Shown here piece after piece: positions 30,693 through 43,032 of a stretch of DNA of 64,000 bases. How positions within the stretch are numbered: position 1 is the first letter of the stretch; the number at the start of each line of letters is the position of its first letter. The position numbers and the translations under genes were made by a program. The notes beneath the pieces were generated by a model. That model did not search any database. It was given only the letters and a program-made list of their open reading frames with translations, and was not told where the DNA came from. The DNA is from Microcoleus sp. (lineage in GTDB: Bacteria; Cyanobacteriota; Cyanobacteriia; Cyanobacteriales; Microcoleaceae): the NCBI GenBank assembly GCA_052279835.1, contig CP181291.1, forward strand, positions 6,176,001 through 6,240,000, written 5' to 3'.

Positions 30693-31895
30693 ATGAACAA
30701 GAAGTTATTTACCGAATATCCGGAACAGGACGAACGAAAATATTACGATCTTTTGGTTGAGCAAGCCAAGCTTCGGATGGATAATCTGTACGGGGATAAG
30801 GAGCGGGCACTGCGAGATACTCACGCCAAAACTCATGCCTGCGTTAAAGGAACTCTGGAAATTTTTGACTTTGATGAGGAAGCGATTAAACGGGAAGTGG
30901 GCAAACGCGCCTCGTTAACTTCTTCACAACTGAATGCGATTTCCCTTAAGCAAGGTTTGCTAGCAAAACCCAAAGAATATCCTGTTTGGTTGCGATTTGC
31001 TAACGGGGCTACCAAAGTATACCCTGATTACGCTAAAGATTCGCGATCGATTTCAGTGAAAGTGATGGGGGTGGAAGGGGAACGACTCGCGCAAAGCCAC
31101 GAGTCAAAAACCCAGGACATCATTGTTCACAATTCAGAGATATTTGTGAGCCAAACCATCAAAGATTACTACGGCTTTTTTTCGGCTCTGGTTGAATCAC
31201 CAGATACATTGAAAAAGTGGCTAATGCGACATCCAAGGCACTTTTTAGCGGTGTCAACGCTTACGGGTAGCCGGACTCCGAAGAGTTTGCTAACAGCAAA
31301 ATATTGGAGCGGTTCACCCTCTGCTTTGGGTCTCAATCCCGATTTCGATCCCGACCAGCCTGGTCTAGTTCCTGTAGAATATCCGGCTGTAATTAAGTAT
31401 GGGTTCACTCCGGTTTCATGCCAACCACCGCACGAGATAATTCCAGAACAATCTCGATCGGGAATTCCTAAATTTCCCTTTGTCGATCGCGCTAAAGCCT
31501 TGGGTTTAGATCCCAATCAACCCGACAATTATTACCGGGATGAACTAATTCAAGCCCTTGCGAAACCTGATGCCCAATACTGGTGGGATTTTGGCATCCA
31601 GTTTCAAACCAGCCTAAAAATGCCGATCGACGATGGCATCAATGTCTGGAAAGAACAGGAATCACCTTTCTTGAGAGTAGGCCGTCTCACCGTCAAGCAT
31701 CAGATTATTGATTATGAAAAACAATCCGATTTCAACGAAAACCTGAGATATTCTCCTTGGAACGGCTTAGCAGTCCACCGTCCAGTAGGTGCGATCAATC
31801 GGATACGCGGTGTGGTTTACCCGGTTGTAGCGAATTATCGCCTTCAAAAGCGAGGTCTTGTCCACCAAGAACCAACAGGAGAAGAAACATTTTAG
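30693..31895 (+). CDS. Catalase-related heme enzyme (AOS/hydroperoxide-lyase-like)
   Basis: RDTHAK (Thr-His distal pair), RFAN, YSPWNGL..HRPVG.INR.R..VY (proximal Tyr). At 400 aa it fits a mini-catalase. Confidence 0.85.
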   Translation: MNKKLFTEYPEQDERKYYDLLVEQAKLRMDNLYGDKERALRDTHAKTHACVKGTLEIFDFDEEAIKREVGKRASLTSSQLNAISLKQGLLAKPKEYPVWLRFANGATKVYPDYAKDSRSISVKVMGVEGERLAQSHESKTQDIIVHNSEIFVSQTIKDYYGFFSALVESPDTLKKWLMRHPRHFLAVSTLTGSRTPKSLLTAKYWSGSPSALGLNPDFDPDQPGLVPVEYPAVIKYGFTPVSCQPPHEIIPEQSRSGIPKFPFVDRAKALGLDPNQPDNYYRDELIQALAKPDAQYWWDFGIQFQTSLKMPIDDGINVWKEQESPFLRVGRLTVKHQIIDYEKQSDFNENLRYSPWNGLAVHRPVGAINRIRGVVYPVVANYRLQKRGLVHQEPTGEETF

Positions 31896-31925
31896 TACAG
31901 CGTAGAAACCCGGTTTCGCAGAAGT

Positions 31926-32033
31926 TATACCAATTTCATAAAGTAGCGCTACATATCTACCCCCCCAACCCCCCCTTACTAAGGGGGGGGCTTTGAACTA
32001 CATCTGTAGTAGGACTTTATGAAAATGGTATTA
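31926..32033. mobile_element. MITE of about 108 bp with ~19-bp TIRs
   Basis: TATACCAATTTCATAAAGT ... ACTTTATGAAAATGGTATTA, with an internal CCCCCCCTTACTAAGGGGGGG palindrome. Confidence 0.7.
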
Positions 32034-32052
32034 CCGGGTTAGCGAAAATTTA

Positions 32053-32090
32053 AAAAAATCCCAGCCTCTAAAAAGGGCTGGGATTTTTTT
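32053..32090. terminator. Bidirectional terminator between the catalase-like gene and rpsD
   Basis: AAAAAATCCCAGCC-loop-GGCTGGGATTTTTT between convergent genes. Confidence 0.8.
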
Positions 32091-32122
32091 AAGTTATAGA
32101 AAAAGTGCGGTTGACCAATAAC

Positions 32123-32731
32123 TTAAGCTTGACGTGAATAGTATTCCACAACTAGCAGTTCGTTAACCTGAAGCGCAATCCACTCGCGTTCCACAATGCC
32201 ATTAACCTTACCAACCAGTTTTTGCTTATCAAATTCCAAGTGACTAGGCAAGTGAGCCAACCCTGGGTCTTTGAGATTCGCTTCCACCATTTGGCGCGAA
32301 CGTTCCCGATTTTTTACCGAAATGACATCTCCAGGCTTGCACTGATAGCTGGCGATATTAACTTCGCGATCGTTCACAGTCACATGACCGTGATTGACCA
32401 ATTGTCTAGCAGACGGAATGGTAGGAGCCATTCCCATCCGAAACACAGTGTTGTCCAAGCGCATTTCCAAAAATTGCAGTAACACTTGACCTGTGGAGCC
32501 GGTAACTCGACGAGCTTTCCGAACGTAACGGAGCAATTGACGTTCAGTTACACCGTAATTGAAACGAAGTTTTTGCTTTTCTTGCAAGCGAACCGCATAC
32601 TCAGATAGCTTTTTGCGGTTTTGACCATGTTGCCCAGGTGGATAATCCCGTCTGGCTGTTTTCCGAGTCAGCCCAGGCAAATCCTTGAGGCGACGGACGA
32701 TTCTTAATCGGGGACCCCGATATCGAGACAT
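32123..32731 (-). CDS. rpsD: 30S ribosomal protein S4
   Basis: [33 protein letters not shown] and VEYYSR. Confidence 0.99.
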   Translation of the reverse strand: MSRYRGPRLRIVRRLKDLPGLTRKTARRDYPPGQHGQNRKKLSEYAVRLQEKQKLRFNYGVTERQLLRYVRKARRVTGSTGQVLLQFLEMRLDNTVFRMGMAPTIPSARQLVNHGHVTVNDREVNIASYQCKPGDVISVKNRERSRQMVEANLKDPGLAHLPSHLEFDKQKLVGKVNGIVEREWIALQVNELLVVEYYSRQA

Positions 32732-33030
32732 TGATTTTCCTCTCTAATGTCTGTATAAGATTTTATACAGGCTTTATACTTTGGCACTCTCAGGTGTAAA
32801 ACGCTGAGATTTTTGGTTCTGCGAGACGACTTCCCGACGCAGAATTACTCTAACATCAGTAGTAGTCATCTCTCCCCAAACGTTGTTCGGAGCGGTGTCC
32901 GAAAGTTTCGGTATGCCCTGCCGTACTCAAATTTTGACCCGTTGCCGATCATATCACACAAAATCTCAAGTGAAAGCCGATCGCCCGATCGCACCAAATT
33001 AGTGACAAAAATTCATAAATTAAATCCCCC

Positions 33031-33660
33031 ATGCACCACCCCAAATTTTCCCAAAGTTCGGCCACACTCCCAGCAGCCCCAGGCTCACAGCCCAGTGCGC
33101 GCTGGATGTTAGCCGTGGGAACACAACTAGCAACCATCGGTTTGCTGGCCACCATACTGCCTCCAATGCCCGCATCAGCCATCACGATTAGATTCCCTCG
33201 CACTAAAAATGCCTATCGCGCCTGCTCTGTGGAACTAATGGGAGCCGGACTTACCGCAGATGCAGCGGCCAGCGCTTGCGCCGATGCACTCCACCCCCGC
33301 GACATCTCTAAGTGCGTGGTTCAAATCAACCGCAAAACGAATATTGCCGCGGTGGAGGCCCTTGGTAGCTGTCAGCGAGTGCGTCGCCCCCTGGATTTAG
33401 CAACTTGCGTAGTGGACATTAACACCAAGTCTCGGACTACAACCACAACGCCGCTGTTGGTGCTGGATCAGTGTCGCCGCAGTTTATTACCAGAACAATT
33501 TTCCGAATGCGTAGTAGGATTGAGCCGTCAGGTAGACTTTTCGCTCGATCGCCTAATGAATACTTGTCTCGACACTAGGGAGAAAGTAAGTCAAGTAGAC
33601 GATCGTCCCATACCAAAACTTCCTGTGGATTTAATTGCACCACCTTCTCGGCTAAATTAA
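33031..33660 (+). CDS. Exported Cys-rich repeat protein
   Basis: Signal peptide ending in ASA, then three repeats of C-x4-5-P-x4-CVV. Confidence 0.7.
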   Translation: MHHPKFSQSSATLPAAPGSQPSARWMLAVGTQLATIGLLATILPPMPASAITIRFPRTKNAYRACSVELMGAGLTADAAASACADALHPRDISKCVVQINRKTNIAAVEALGSCQRVRRPLDLATCVVDINTKSRTTTTTPLLVLDQCRRSLLPEQFSECVVGLSRQVDFSLDRLMNTCLDTREKVSQVDDRPIPKLPVDLIAPPSRLN

Positions 33661-33695
33661 TTGATCATTGGACATTGGGCATTGGGCATTTTGTT

Positions 33696-33814
33696 ACTCG
33701 TTCCCAGGCTCTGCCTGGTAACGTAGATCCGGAGGCTCTGCCTCCAATTCTCCTCAAAGCTTGCGAGGCAGAGCAAGAGTGACATCCGTTCCCAGGCAGA
33801 GCCTGGGAACGAGT
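33696..33814. repeat. Palindromic dispersed repeat (MITE/REPIN-like)
   Basis: ACTCGTTCCCAGGCTCTGCCTGG ... CCAGGCAGAGCCTGGGAACGAGT, flanked by CATTGGG and TTCCTTC heptamer tandems. Confidence 0.8.
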
Positions 33815-33875
33815 CAAATCAGGCATTACTCTTCCTTCTTCCTTCTTCCTTCTTCCTTCTTCCCTCTTTGATTTA

Positions 33876-34223
33876 ATGTCACAAATTTTTGGTCAAATTA
33901 CTGTCGAAGAATTAAGCCAGCGTTTAGCACAAGCAACTACAGATCGATTGCAGCTTGTAGACGTGCGAGAACCTCACGAAGTGGAACTCGCCTCACTCCC
34001 AGGATTTGCAATTTTTCCCCTCAGCGAATTTGCCACCTGGTCAACGGAAATAGACGATCGCCTCGATCGCGACACCGAAACCCTAGTTCTGTGTCATCAT
34101 GGAGTGCGATCGGCTCAAATGTGCCACTGGTTGAGCGATCGAGGCTTCACCAACGTTAAAAACATCATCGGCGGTATCGATGCTTACTCAATGGTAGTCG
34201 ATCGGACTATTCCCCGATATTAA
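33876..34223 (+). CDS. Rhodanese-like sulfurtransferase
   Basis: LVDVREPHE, CHHGVRS active loop and GGIDAYS...IPRY. Confidence 0.93.
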   Translation: MSQIFGQITVEELSQRLAQATTDRLQLVDVREPHEVELASLPGFAIFPLSEFATWSTEIDDRLDRDTETLVLCHHGVRSAQMCHWLSDRGFTNVKNIIGGIDAYSMVVDRTIPRY

Positions 34224-34318
34224 TAGCAAATTAGAAAGCTCTCCGTTCTCTTCCTCTGCGCCCTCTGCGCCCTCTGTGGTTAAATAATTCATAAAAAATC
34301 ACAGAAAATAACCAGCAA

Positions 34319-35254
34319 TCAAAACAACCAACAATCAAAATAACCAGCCGGTGGTGAATCATCAAACAAAACTTGAGCTTTGTCTAAATTAGGAACAGAT
34401 TCAGCCAATGCTTTACCTAACTTAACTTCCAGCGCTCTGTCTGTTAAAGCAAAGGAAAATTGATGGTAATTTTGCAAAGAAGCAGCCCTAGAAACAATCT
34501 CATTGTTATCTAAAATCGGACTATTACTGCCAATTAAAACACTGTTAATGTTCTTCCAAGGGCAGACACATACCTGGGAAAAAGCACTTTGAAAAGTTGT
34601 GATTTTTTCTGCATAAAACTCATCTCTTTGCAGCAGATTGACTAGCACAACTCCTGCACTAGACAAATGTTTTTGGCAAAGTTCATAAAATTCCTTAGTT
34701 GCTAAACGATGGGGAAAGTAGCCATTGCCAAAAAACACATCAGTCATGATTATATCGTAGAGAACATCTGGTTTTTGCTGTTCCAGATACTCTCTGCCAT
34801 CTTGAATTGCTACCGTGAGTCGTGAGTCTAATTTTACCCCAAAACACTGGGTAGCGGCTTCGATCGCGATCGGATCGACATCCGCACATTCAATGAGAGT
34901 TTCTGGCAAATAGTGATGCAAAACTAAGGGAATTCTGCCACCACCAAACCCAGCTATGTAGATTTTTTGAGGTTGACTTTGCCACACCAAAGCTAACATC
35001 ATCGCCTGAGTATATTCAGAAACAAGATGTAAAGGATTATTTAAATCAAACACAGATTGCAATAAATCTGTATACAAATTTACCTTTTCTACTAAAGATA
35101 GCTTAATGCGCGATCGCTCTTTTTTAACTGCAACATAATGAACTCCAGAATCTTTACAAAAAATCATGCCATCTGGCTGTTGTTGCACCCAAGCCAGCCG
35201 CTGCTGAATGGCAGCTAAATTAAGAGTTTGCCAGTTTTTGCGATCGTCAATCAT
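34319..35254 (-). CDS. Spermidine-synthase-like SAM-dependent transferase
   Basis: EYTQAM, IAGFGGG, DVDP, DGREYL, YDIIMTD and L.T.EFY. Confidence 0.82.
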   Translation of the reverse strand: MIDDRKNWQTLNLAAIQQRLAWVQQQPDGMIFCKDSGVHYVAVKKERSRIKLSLVEKVNLYTDLLQSVFDLNNPLHLVSEYTQAMMLALVWQSQPQKIYIAGFGGGRIPLVLHHYLPETLIECADVDPIAIEAATQCFGVKLDSRLTVAIQDGREYLEQQKPDVLYDIIMTDVFFGNGYFPHRLATKEFYELCQKHLSSAGVVLVNLLQRDEFYAEKITTFQSAFSQVCVCPWKNINSVLIGSNSPILDNNEIVSRAASLQNYHQFSFALTDRALEVKLGKALAESVPNLDKAQVLFDDSPPAGYFDCWLF

Positions 35255-35264
35255 CTAATATTAA

Positions 35265-35402
35265 ATCTGCCTTATTTCCTAGTCCGCTTGGAGTGGACTT
35301 CGTTTGTATAGACGCGGTTTCAACCGCCTGGTCATCTGCCTTATTTCCTAGTGCGTCCAGGCGGACTTCGTTTGACTTTCTGGCGGTTTCAACCGCCGGG
35401 TC
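35265..35402. repeat. Tandem pair of 69-bp REP-like units
   Basis: Two copies of ATCTGCCTTATTTCCTAGT..GGACTTCGTTTG..GCGGTTTCAACCGCC.GGTC. Confidence 0.8.
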
Positions 35403-35420
35403 ATCTAGAACCTAGAACCA

Positions 35421-36020
35421 TTAAGCCCGCTGATAGGCCACCAATTCCAAACCAGAAATCGAAAATTCCACCCTTTTCCAATCTTCCTTTTTACCCTCAA
35501 AATTTTCAAACGCAGAATCAGTCAGCAAAATCTCTCCCTGTTGCGCCAAATCCTCTCCCAGCTTCGATGCCAGATTAAATTCCGAACCGTACATATCCTC
35601 TCCTTCCAGCATCAAAACATCACCGTAGCCTATCCCGATGCACAGATAAATATCCATTTCAGGCGGTAGAGTAGTATTCACAGCCCCCGTATGCTTCAGA
35701 GAATCGCTCGCAGCATCCACAGCCGATTTTACATCAGGAAACACAGCAAAAATATTGTCAGCTTCCTCCTTCACTACAGTGCCACCATATTCAGCAATTA
35801 CAGGATAGACAATTGCGTGCATCCGGTGAATCATTGACAAAAAATGAATAATTCCGTAACGGACAGTTGTCCGAGAAAATCCCGACATATCGATGACCAT
35901 AATCGCATGAGTTTGGCGAAAAGTTGCATTGATTTCAGCATCAATTTCTGCCATCTTTTCAGGACGTTCGTTTCTTTCTTGCAGTAATTCTCGCAGGTAA
36001 GCACGGTTATTTGTTTTCAT
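35421..36020 (-). CDS. Stand-alone class III adenylate/guanylate cyclase domain protein
   Basis: IDMSGFS, VKEEADN, IGIGYG and DMYGSEFNLASKL. Confidence 0.85.
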   Translation of the reverse strand: MKTNNRAYLRELLQERNERPEKMAEIDAEINATFRQTHAIMVIDMSGFSRTTVRYGIIHFLSMIHRMHAIVYPVIAEYGGTVVKEEADNIFAVFPDVKSAVDAASDSLKHTGAVNTTLPPEMDIYLCIGIGYGDVLMLEGEDMYGSEFNLASKLGEDLAQQGEILLTDSAFENFEGKKEDWKRVEFSISGLELVAYQRA

Positions 36021-36026
36021 TTTATT

Positions 36027-36755
36027 TTAATTAAATTTCCAATCGATACACACTTCTTGAGGGCGGCAACCCGGATGCAATGCACAATTTATGCCATCCT
36101 TGCCATGATAATAATAGCAGATTTTGCAAGGTCTAGTTTGCTCTAATTTTTTCATCAAGATTGTGCGGATAGTCTGCACTTTGTGGTGATATTTGTTCGC
36201 AGTCGAGTGACTGGGTTCAATTGCCAAAGCTTGCTCGAAAGCAGCTAAACTGGAATCGTACAACTTAATAATTTGGCCACTGTAGTTAGTCCAAGCATCG
36301 GCGCGGCTTTGATACAGTTCGATCGTACTTAAGTTTAAAATACCATATTCCGTCCAAGCGTCCGCCGAAGCTCGATCGAACTTAATATTGGCATGGAGTA
36401 AAACTTTTTTAATAGTTGCCAACAGTTCCCTGGGCAGCCAAGGTTTGCTAACATAGGCTTCGGCGCTATCTATCGACCTGGCAAATAAATCTAACCGCTG
36501 TCCCTTCCCTGTTAAAAATACTACCGGTATATTCCGAGTTTCAGGGTGAGCTTTAATTAAACTGCAAACACCGTAGCCGTCCAGGCGAGGCATCACGATA
36601 TCTAATAATATTAAATCGGGGCACTTTTTCTCGATTTGAGCGAGAGCTTCCACACCGTCAGATGCCTGCATTATATCCAATCCACTGCAACTCAATTGAT
36701 GTGAAATACACTCCCGTTGACTGCGGGAATCTTCTACAACTAAAACTGTGCTCAT
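36027..36755 (-). CDS. Response regulator with TPR-like helices and C-terminal Cys-rich motif
   Basis: REC domain (VVEDS, LLDIVMP, FLT, KP), then AFEQALAIEP and CKICYYY...CALHP...CIDW. Confidence 0.85.
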   Translation of the reverse strand: MSTVLVVEDSRSQRECISHQLSCSGLDIMQASDGVEALAQIEKKCPDLILLDIVMPRLDGYGVCSLIKAHPETRNIPVVFLTGKGQRLDLFARSIDSAEAYVSKPWLPRELLATIKKVLLHANIKFDRASADAWTEYGILNLSTIELYQSRADAWTNYSGQIIKLYDSSLAAFEQALAIEPSHSTANKYHHKVQTIRTILMKKLEQTRPCKICYYYHGKDGINCALHPGCRPQEVCIDWKFN

Positions 36756-37194
36756 CTCTCCCTCCTTTTGTGTCTGAGGTCAAACTTTCCACCGCATCGA
36801 CTCGCCCTTGCTGAAATTAGTTTACCCAAAAAGGAAGCAAAAGTTTCAGATATTCATAAGTCGATACATTCGACCTCTCCTCAAAAGCCTGTCCCCAATA
36901 ATTATGGGAGATGTCTATTAGTCAAAGATAGAAGAGTTTCATAAGAGGCGATTTTTTTTTAGTGGGGGACCCAACATCACCACCGATGGGGGCAAGCAGG
37001 GGGGATTGCCCCTACTTTTAGCCGCTGGTGCAGAGGCTTCGCATCCATGACTGTTTTTGCAGAAACGGCGATTAATCCCTATTTAATGGAAGTTGTAACA
37101 AACGAAGCAACACTGAGAATTCGGAGGAAAAGTTGGTTGTATTGAAAGAGATAATGGGCTACTGTATTACTGGAAAGTCATCTCTTGACAACAA

Positions 37195-37551
37195 ATGAAT
37201 AGATTGCTCCTCACTTTACTGGTAAATCCGACCCTGTTAGGGTTTCTAATGTCTTTGAACGTGATAGTAAATCCCGTTCGCGCCGAAACTCCAGACGGGC
37301 CGACTAATGCGGCAAACTGCGTCAAATCACCCCACACTCAGCGCTTGACTTGCCTTCGGCTTCCCGCCAAAACTGCGGCTTCCAATTCTAAAGTAGCCAT
37401 TCGTTGGCAGCGCCAGGGTGACGAACCGATTGCGATGTTGGACTTTACGGAAGAAGAAAGCGATGCAGCGGTGGCATTATTTGGTTGCGACTGCCCGCTG
37501 TGTATCAATTCGCTGCGCCAGTTGCGCGGTTTGCCACCCCTAGCGAGTTAA
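37195..37551 (+). CDS. Conserved exported cyanobacterial protein with CxCxxC motif
   Basis: Signal peptide and FTEEESDAAVALFGCDCPLCINSLRQLRG. Confidence 0.7.
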   Translation: MNRLLLTLLVNPTLLGFLMSLNVIVNPVRAETPDGPTNAANCVKSPHTQRLTCLRLPAKTAASNSKVAIRWQRQGDEPIAMLDFTEEESDAAVALFGCDCPLCINSLRQLRGLPPLAS

Positions 37552-37783
37552 GCCCATACCGCCCATACCGCTACTTTAGTTTACCTTCGATCGCACCCAC
37601 AGCATCAGGATTTAGCCTACCGTAGCGGTTCTTCCCAACTTGACTTGCAACAGATTCTTAAAAGGAAAAATTCCCCAAATTAAACTGTTAGTAAACCCAT
37701 CCGTTATAAAAAATCAAATCCATCGCACCCCTAGACAAAATTCAATATATAATATCAAAGAAGTAAACCGCTACAAGTGAATC

Positions 37784-38230
37784 ATGTCCGCAAACACCGC
37801 GCTACCCCCAGCCCTAGCCAAAATTGTCCAGCGCTTTCAGCGACACGCCGACCCGAAACAGCGCTACGAACAACTGCTGTGGTATGCTAAGCGACTCCCA
37901 GCATTTCCCGAAGGCGACAAACAGCCGGAAAACAAAGTTTCTGGCTGCGTGTCGCAAGTTTATATTACGGCAAATTTGACCGACGGAAAAGTTCTGTTTC
38001 AAGGGGATTCAGACGCTCAATTAGTCAAAGGATTAGTCGGCTTACTTGTGGAAGGTTTGAGCGGATTAACTCCGGCTGAAATTGTTAACGTTACCCCAGA
38101 TTTTATTCAAGATACGGGATTGAATGTGAGCCTGACACCTTCCCGCGCCAATGGATTTTACAACATATTTCAAATGATGAGAAATAAAGCACTTGCTTGT
38201 GAATTGAGCGAGCAAGCCGCAGCCAATTAA
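37784..38230 (+). CDS. sufE: Fe-S assembly sulfur acceptor SufE
   Basis: RYEQLL, VSGCVSQV, GDSDAQLVKGL and LTPSRANGF. Confidence 0.95.
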   Translation: MSANTALPPALAKIVQRFQRHADPKQRYEQLLWYAKRLPAFPEGDKQPENKVSGCVSQVYITANLTDGKVLFQGDSDAQLVKGLVGLLVEGLSGLTPAEIVNVTPDFIQDTGLNVSLTPSRANGFYNIFQMMRNKALACELSEQAAAN

Positions 38231-38244
38231 AAACCTAAACAGCC

Positions 38245-39150
38245 ATGACTCAAACTACAGATTTAATAAAAACTAATTCGGCCAACTACCCCGGCACTGT
38301 TAAAGAATATCTCTGGCAGTGGAAAGAAACCTCAATTAAAGTTGTTTACGAAACCACAGGAGAGGGAACTCCTGTCTTGTTATTGCCGGCATTCAGTACG
38401 GTTTCGACGCGGGGAGAAATGCGTCCTTTAGCAGAATTATTGTCTCCCAATTTTCAAGTTGTGACTGTCGATTGGCCTGGTTTTGGCGATTCATCTCGCC
38501 CGCGGACTGACTATGAACCGTCATTATATCATCAATTTTTGACAGATTTTGTGGGGGCAATTTTTAATAGTCCTGTGGCGGTAATTGCAGCGGGTCATGC
38601 TGCGGGTTATGTGATGGCATTAGCGCAATCTAAACCCCATGTTTGGTCAAAGATTGTGTTGGTGGCACCAACTTGGCGCGGGCCTTTGCCGACGATGAGC
38701 AAACAGCAGAGTGGCTGGCACTCTATTGTGAGAGAATTAGTACGATCGCCCTTAGTGGGACAATTTCTATACAAACTGAATACTGCGCCTTCTTTCCTCA
38801 GTTTGATGTATCGCCGCCATGTCTATACAGATTCGGCTAAAGTCACAGCGGATTTTATTCACGGTAAGTGGCTAGTTACGCAGCAACCAGGTGCTCGGTA
38901 TGGTTCGGCTGCTTTTGTGACTGGTGGTTTAGATCCGGTAAAAACGCGATCGGAATTTACGGATAAGTTTCAACAATTAGCAATGCCGGTAATGGTTGTA
39001 ATTGCTGAAAATGCGCCTCCAAAATCTAAGGCTGAAATGGAAGTTTTAGCGGAATTATCTGGTGTTGAATCGCGGGTGATTCCTGGTTCTTTGGGGACGC
39101 ACGAAGAGAATTCAGTAGATTTGGCGAAGGTGATTAAATCTTTTATTTGA
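38245..39150 (+). CDS. Alpha/beta fold hydrolase-like protein
   Basis: LLLPAF, DWPGFGDS and C-terminal HEE. The elbow reads AGHAAG rather than GxSxG. Confidence 0.85.
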   Translation: MTQTTDLIKTNSANYPGTVKEYLWQWKETSIKVVYETTGEGTPVLLLPAFSTVSTRGEMRPLAELLSPNFQVVTVDWPGFGDSSRPRTDYEPSLYHQFLTDFVGAIFNSPVAVIAAGHAAGYVMALAQSKPHVWSKIVLVAPTWRGPLPTMSKQQSGWHSIVRELVRSPLVGQFLYKLNTAPSFLSLMYRRHVYTDSAKVTADFIHGKWLVTQQPGARYGSAAFVTGGLDPVKTRSEFTDKFQQLAMPVMVVIAENAPPKSKAEMEVLAELSGVESRVIPGSLGTHEENSVDLAKVIKSFI

Positions 39151-39215
39151 GAGGATTAAGAGGGATTGAACCACAGAGGGCGCAGAGAACGCAGAGAGAA
39201 GAGATGAGGGGATGA

Positions 39216-40175
39216 ATGCAAGCTGTTTTTTTAATGTTAGTTTGGATTTTTTGCTATGGGTTTTGTCTCCCGGTCTATGCTGTGGGATATCCGCAGTTTC
39301 CTGATTCACAAAAGAGCATGATTGAAGGTGCGATCGACTTTCACGTCCATTCTTCTCCTGATGTGATTCCCCGCCGACTTGATGATTTTGAAGTGGCTAA
39401 ATTAGCTGCTAGGGCGAAGATGAAAGCGGTGGTATTGAAAAATCATTTTGGGAGTACAGCAGCCCGCGCAGTTTTGGTTAATAAGATAGTACCAGAAATC
39501 CAAGTTTTTGGAGGTGTTGTTCTCAATCATTCTGTCGGTGGGATGAATCCTCAAGCGGTGGAAGCTATGCACCGCATCGGTGGCAAATATGGTAAAGTAG
39601 TATGGCTACCAACGGTTGATGCTGATTGTCATTTGAGGGCTTTTCACCAGCCGGGAAGGGGGATTAAAGTTGCAGAAAATGGCAAGGTTTTACCGGAGAC
39701 AGAAGCGGTATTGCAGATGGTAGCTAGAGAGAATTTGGTATTGGAAACTGGTCATATTTGCCCGGAAGAGGTGATGGCGGTTGTGGAGCGATCGCACTTG
39801 CTCAACATTAAGAACATCCTGATTACTCACGCCATGGCTGATGTACCCGGTTTGTCCCTAGAAAATATGCAAACAGCCGCCCAGATGGGAGCTTTCTTAG
39901 AACTCGCATTTGTCAACGATTTGATGGGAGAAAATGCGGCTGACGACGGACATAAAAACTGGCATCATGTTTCAATTACCAAGATGGCGGCCGCGATTAA
40001 GCTCATCGGTGCAGAGCATTTTGTACTCAGCACCGATTTGGGGAGAAAACCCGATCCTTTACCTACGGAAGGTTACAAAATGTTTGTCAAAAAGTTAAAG
40101 ACTGAAGGAATTTCTCAGCGGGAAATAGATTTAATTATGACCCAAAATCCCGCTGTTTTGTTAGGAATTACCTGA
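39216..40175 (+). CDS. Amidohydrolase/PHP-like TIM-barrel metalloprotein (DUF6282-like)
   Basis: DFHVHSSPD, VLKNH, TGH, ITH and STDLG metal ligands. Confidence 0.82.
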   Translation: MQAVFLMLVWIFCYGFCLPVYAVGYPQFPDSQKSMIEGAIDFHVHSSPDVIPRRLDDFEVAKLAARAKMKAVVLKNHFGSTAARAVLVNKIVPEIQVFGGVVLNHSVGGMNPQAVEAMHRIGGKYGKVVWLPTVDADCHLRAFHQPGRGIKVAENGKVLPETEAVLQMVARENLVLETGHICPEEVMAVVERSHLLNIKNILITHAMADVPGLSLENMQTAAQMGAFLELAFVNDLMGENAADDGHKNWHHVSITKMAAAIKLIGAEHFVLSTDLGRKPDPLPTEGYKMFVKKLKTEGISQREIDLIMTQNPAVLLGIT

Positions 40176-40176
40176 T

Positions 40177-42946
<2,770 letters not shown>

Positions 42947-43032
42947 TTACGATCATTATAATGAGTAATGTAAAGACATATCAAGTTTTGCAAATTGTGC
43001 TTGGCCCTCCAGAAAAGTCATGCTAACTTAAT

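Noticed and set aside
32735..32960. Possible rpsD autoregulatory leader
   Set aside because: Short hairpins are present, but no recognisable conserved motif could be supported by eye.
35265..35402. Possible mini-CRISPR containing GTTTCAAC
   Set aside because: Only two whole-unit duplicates with conserved intervening sequence; it fits a REP-like repeat.
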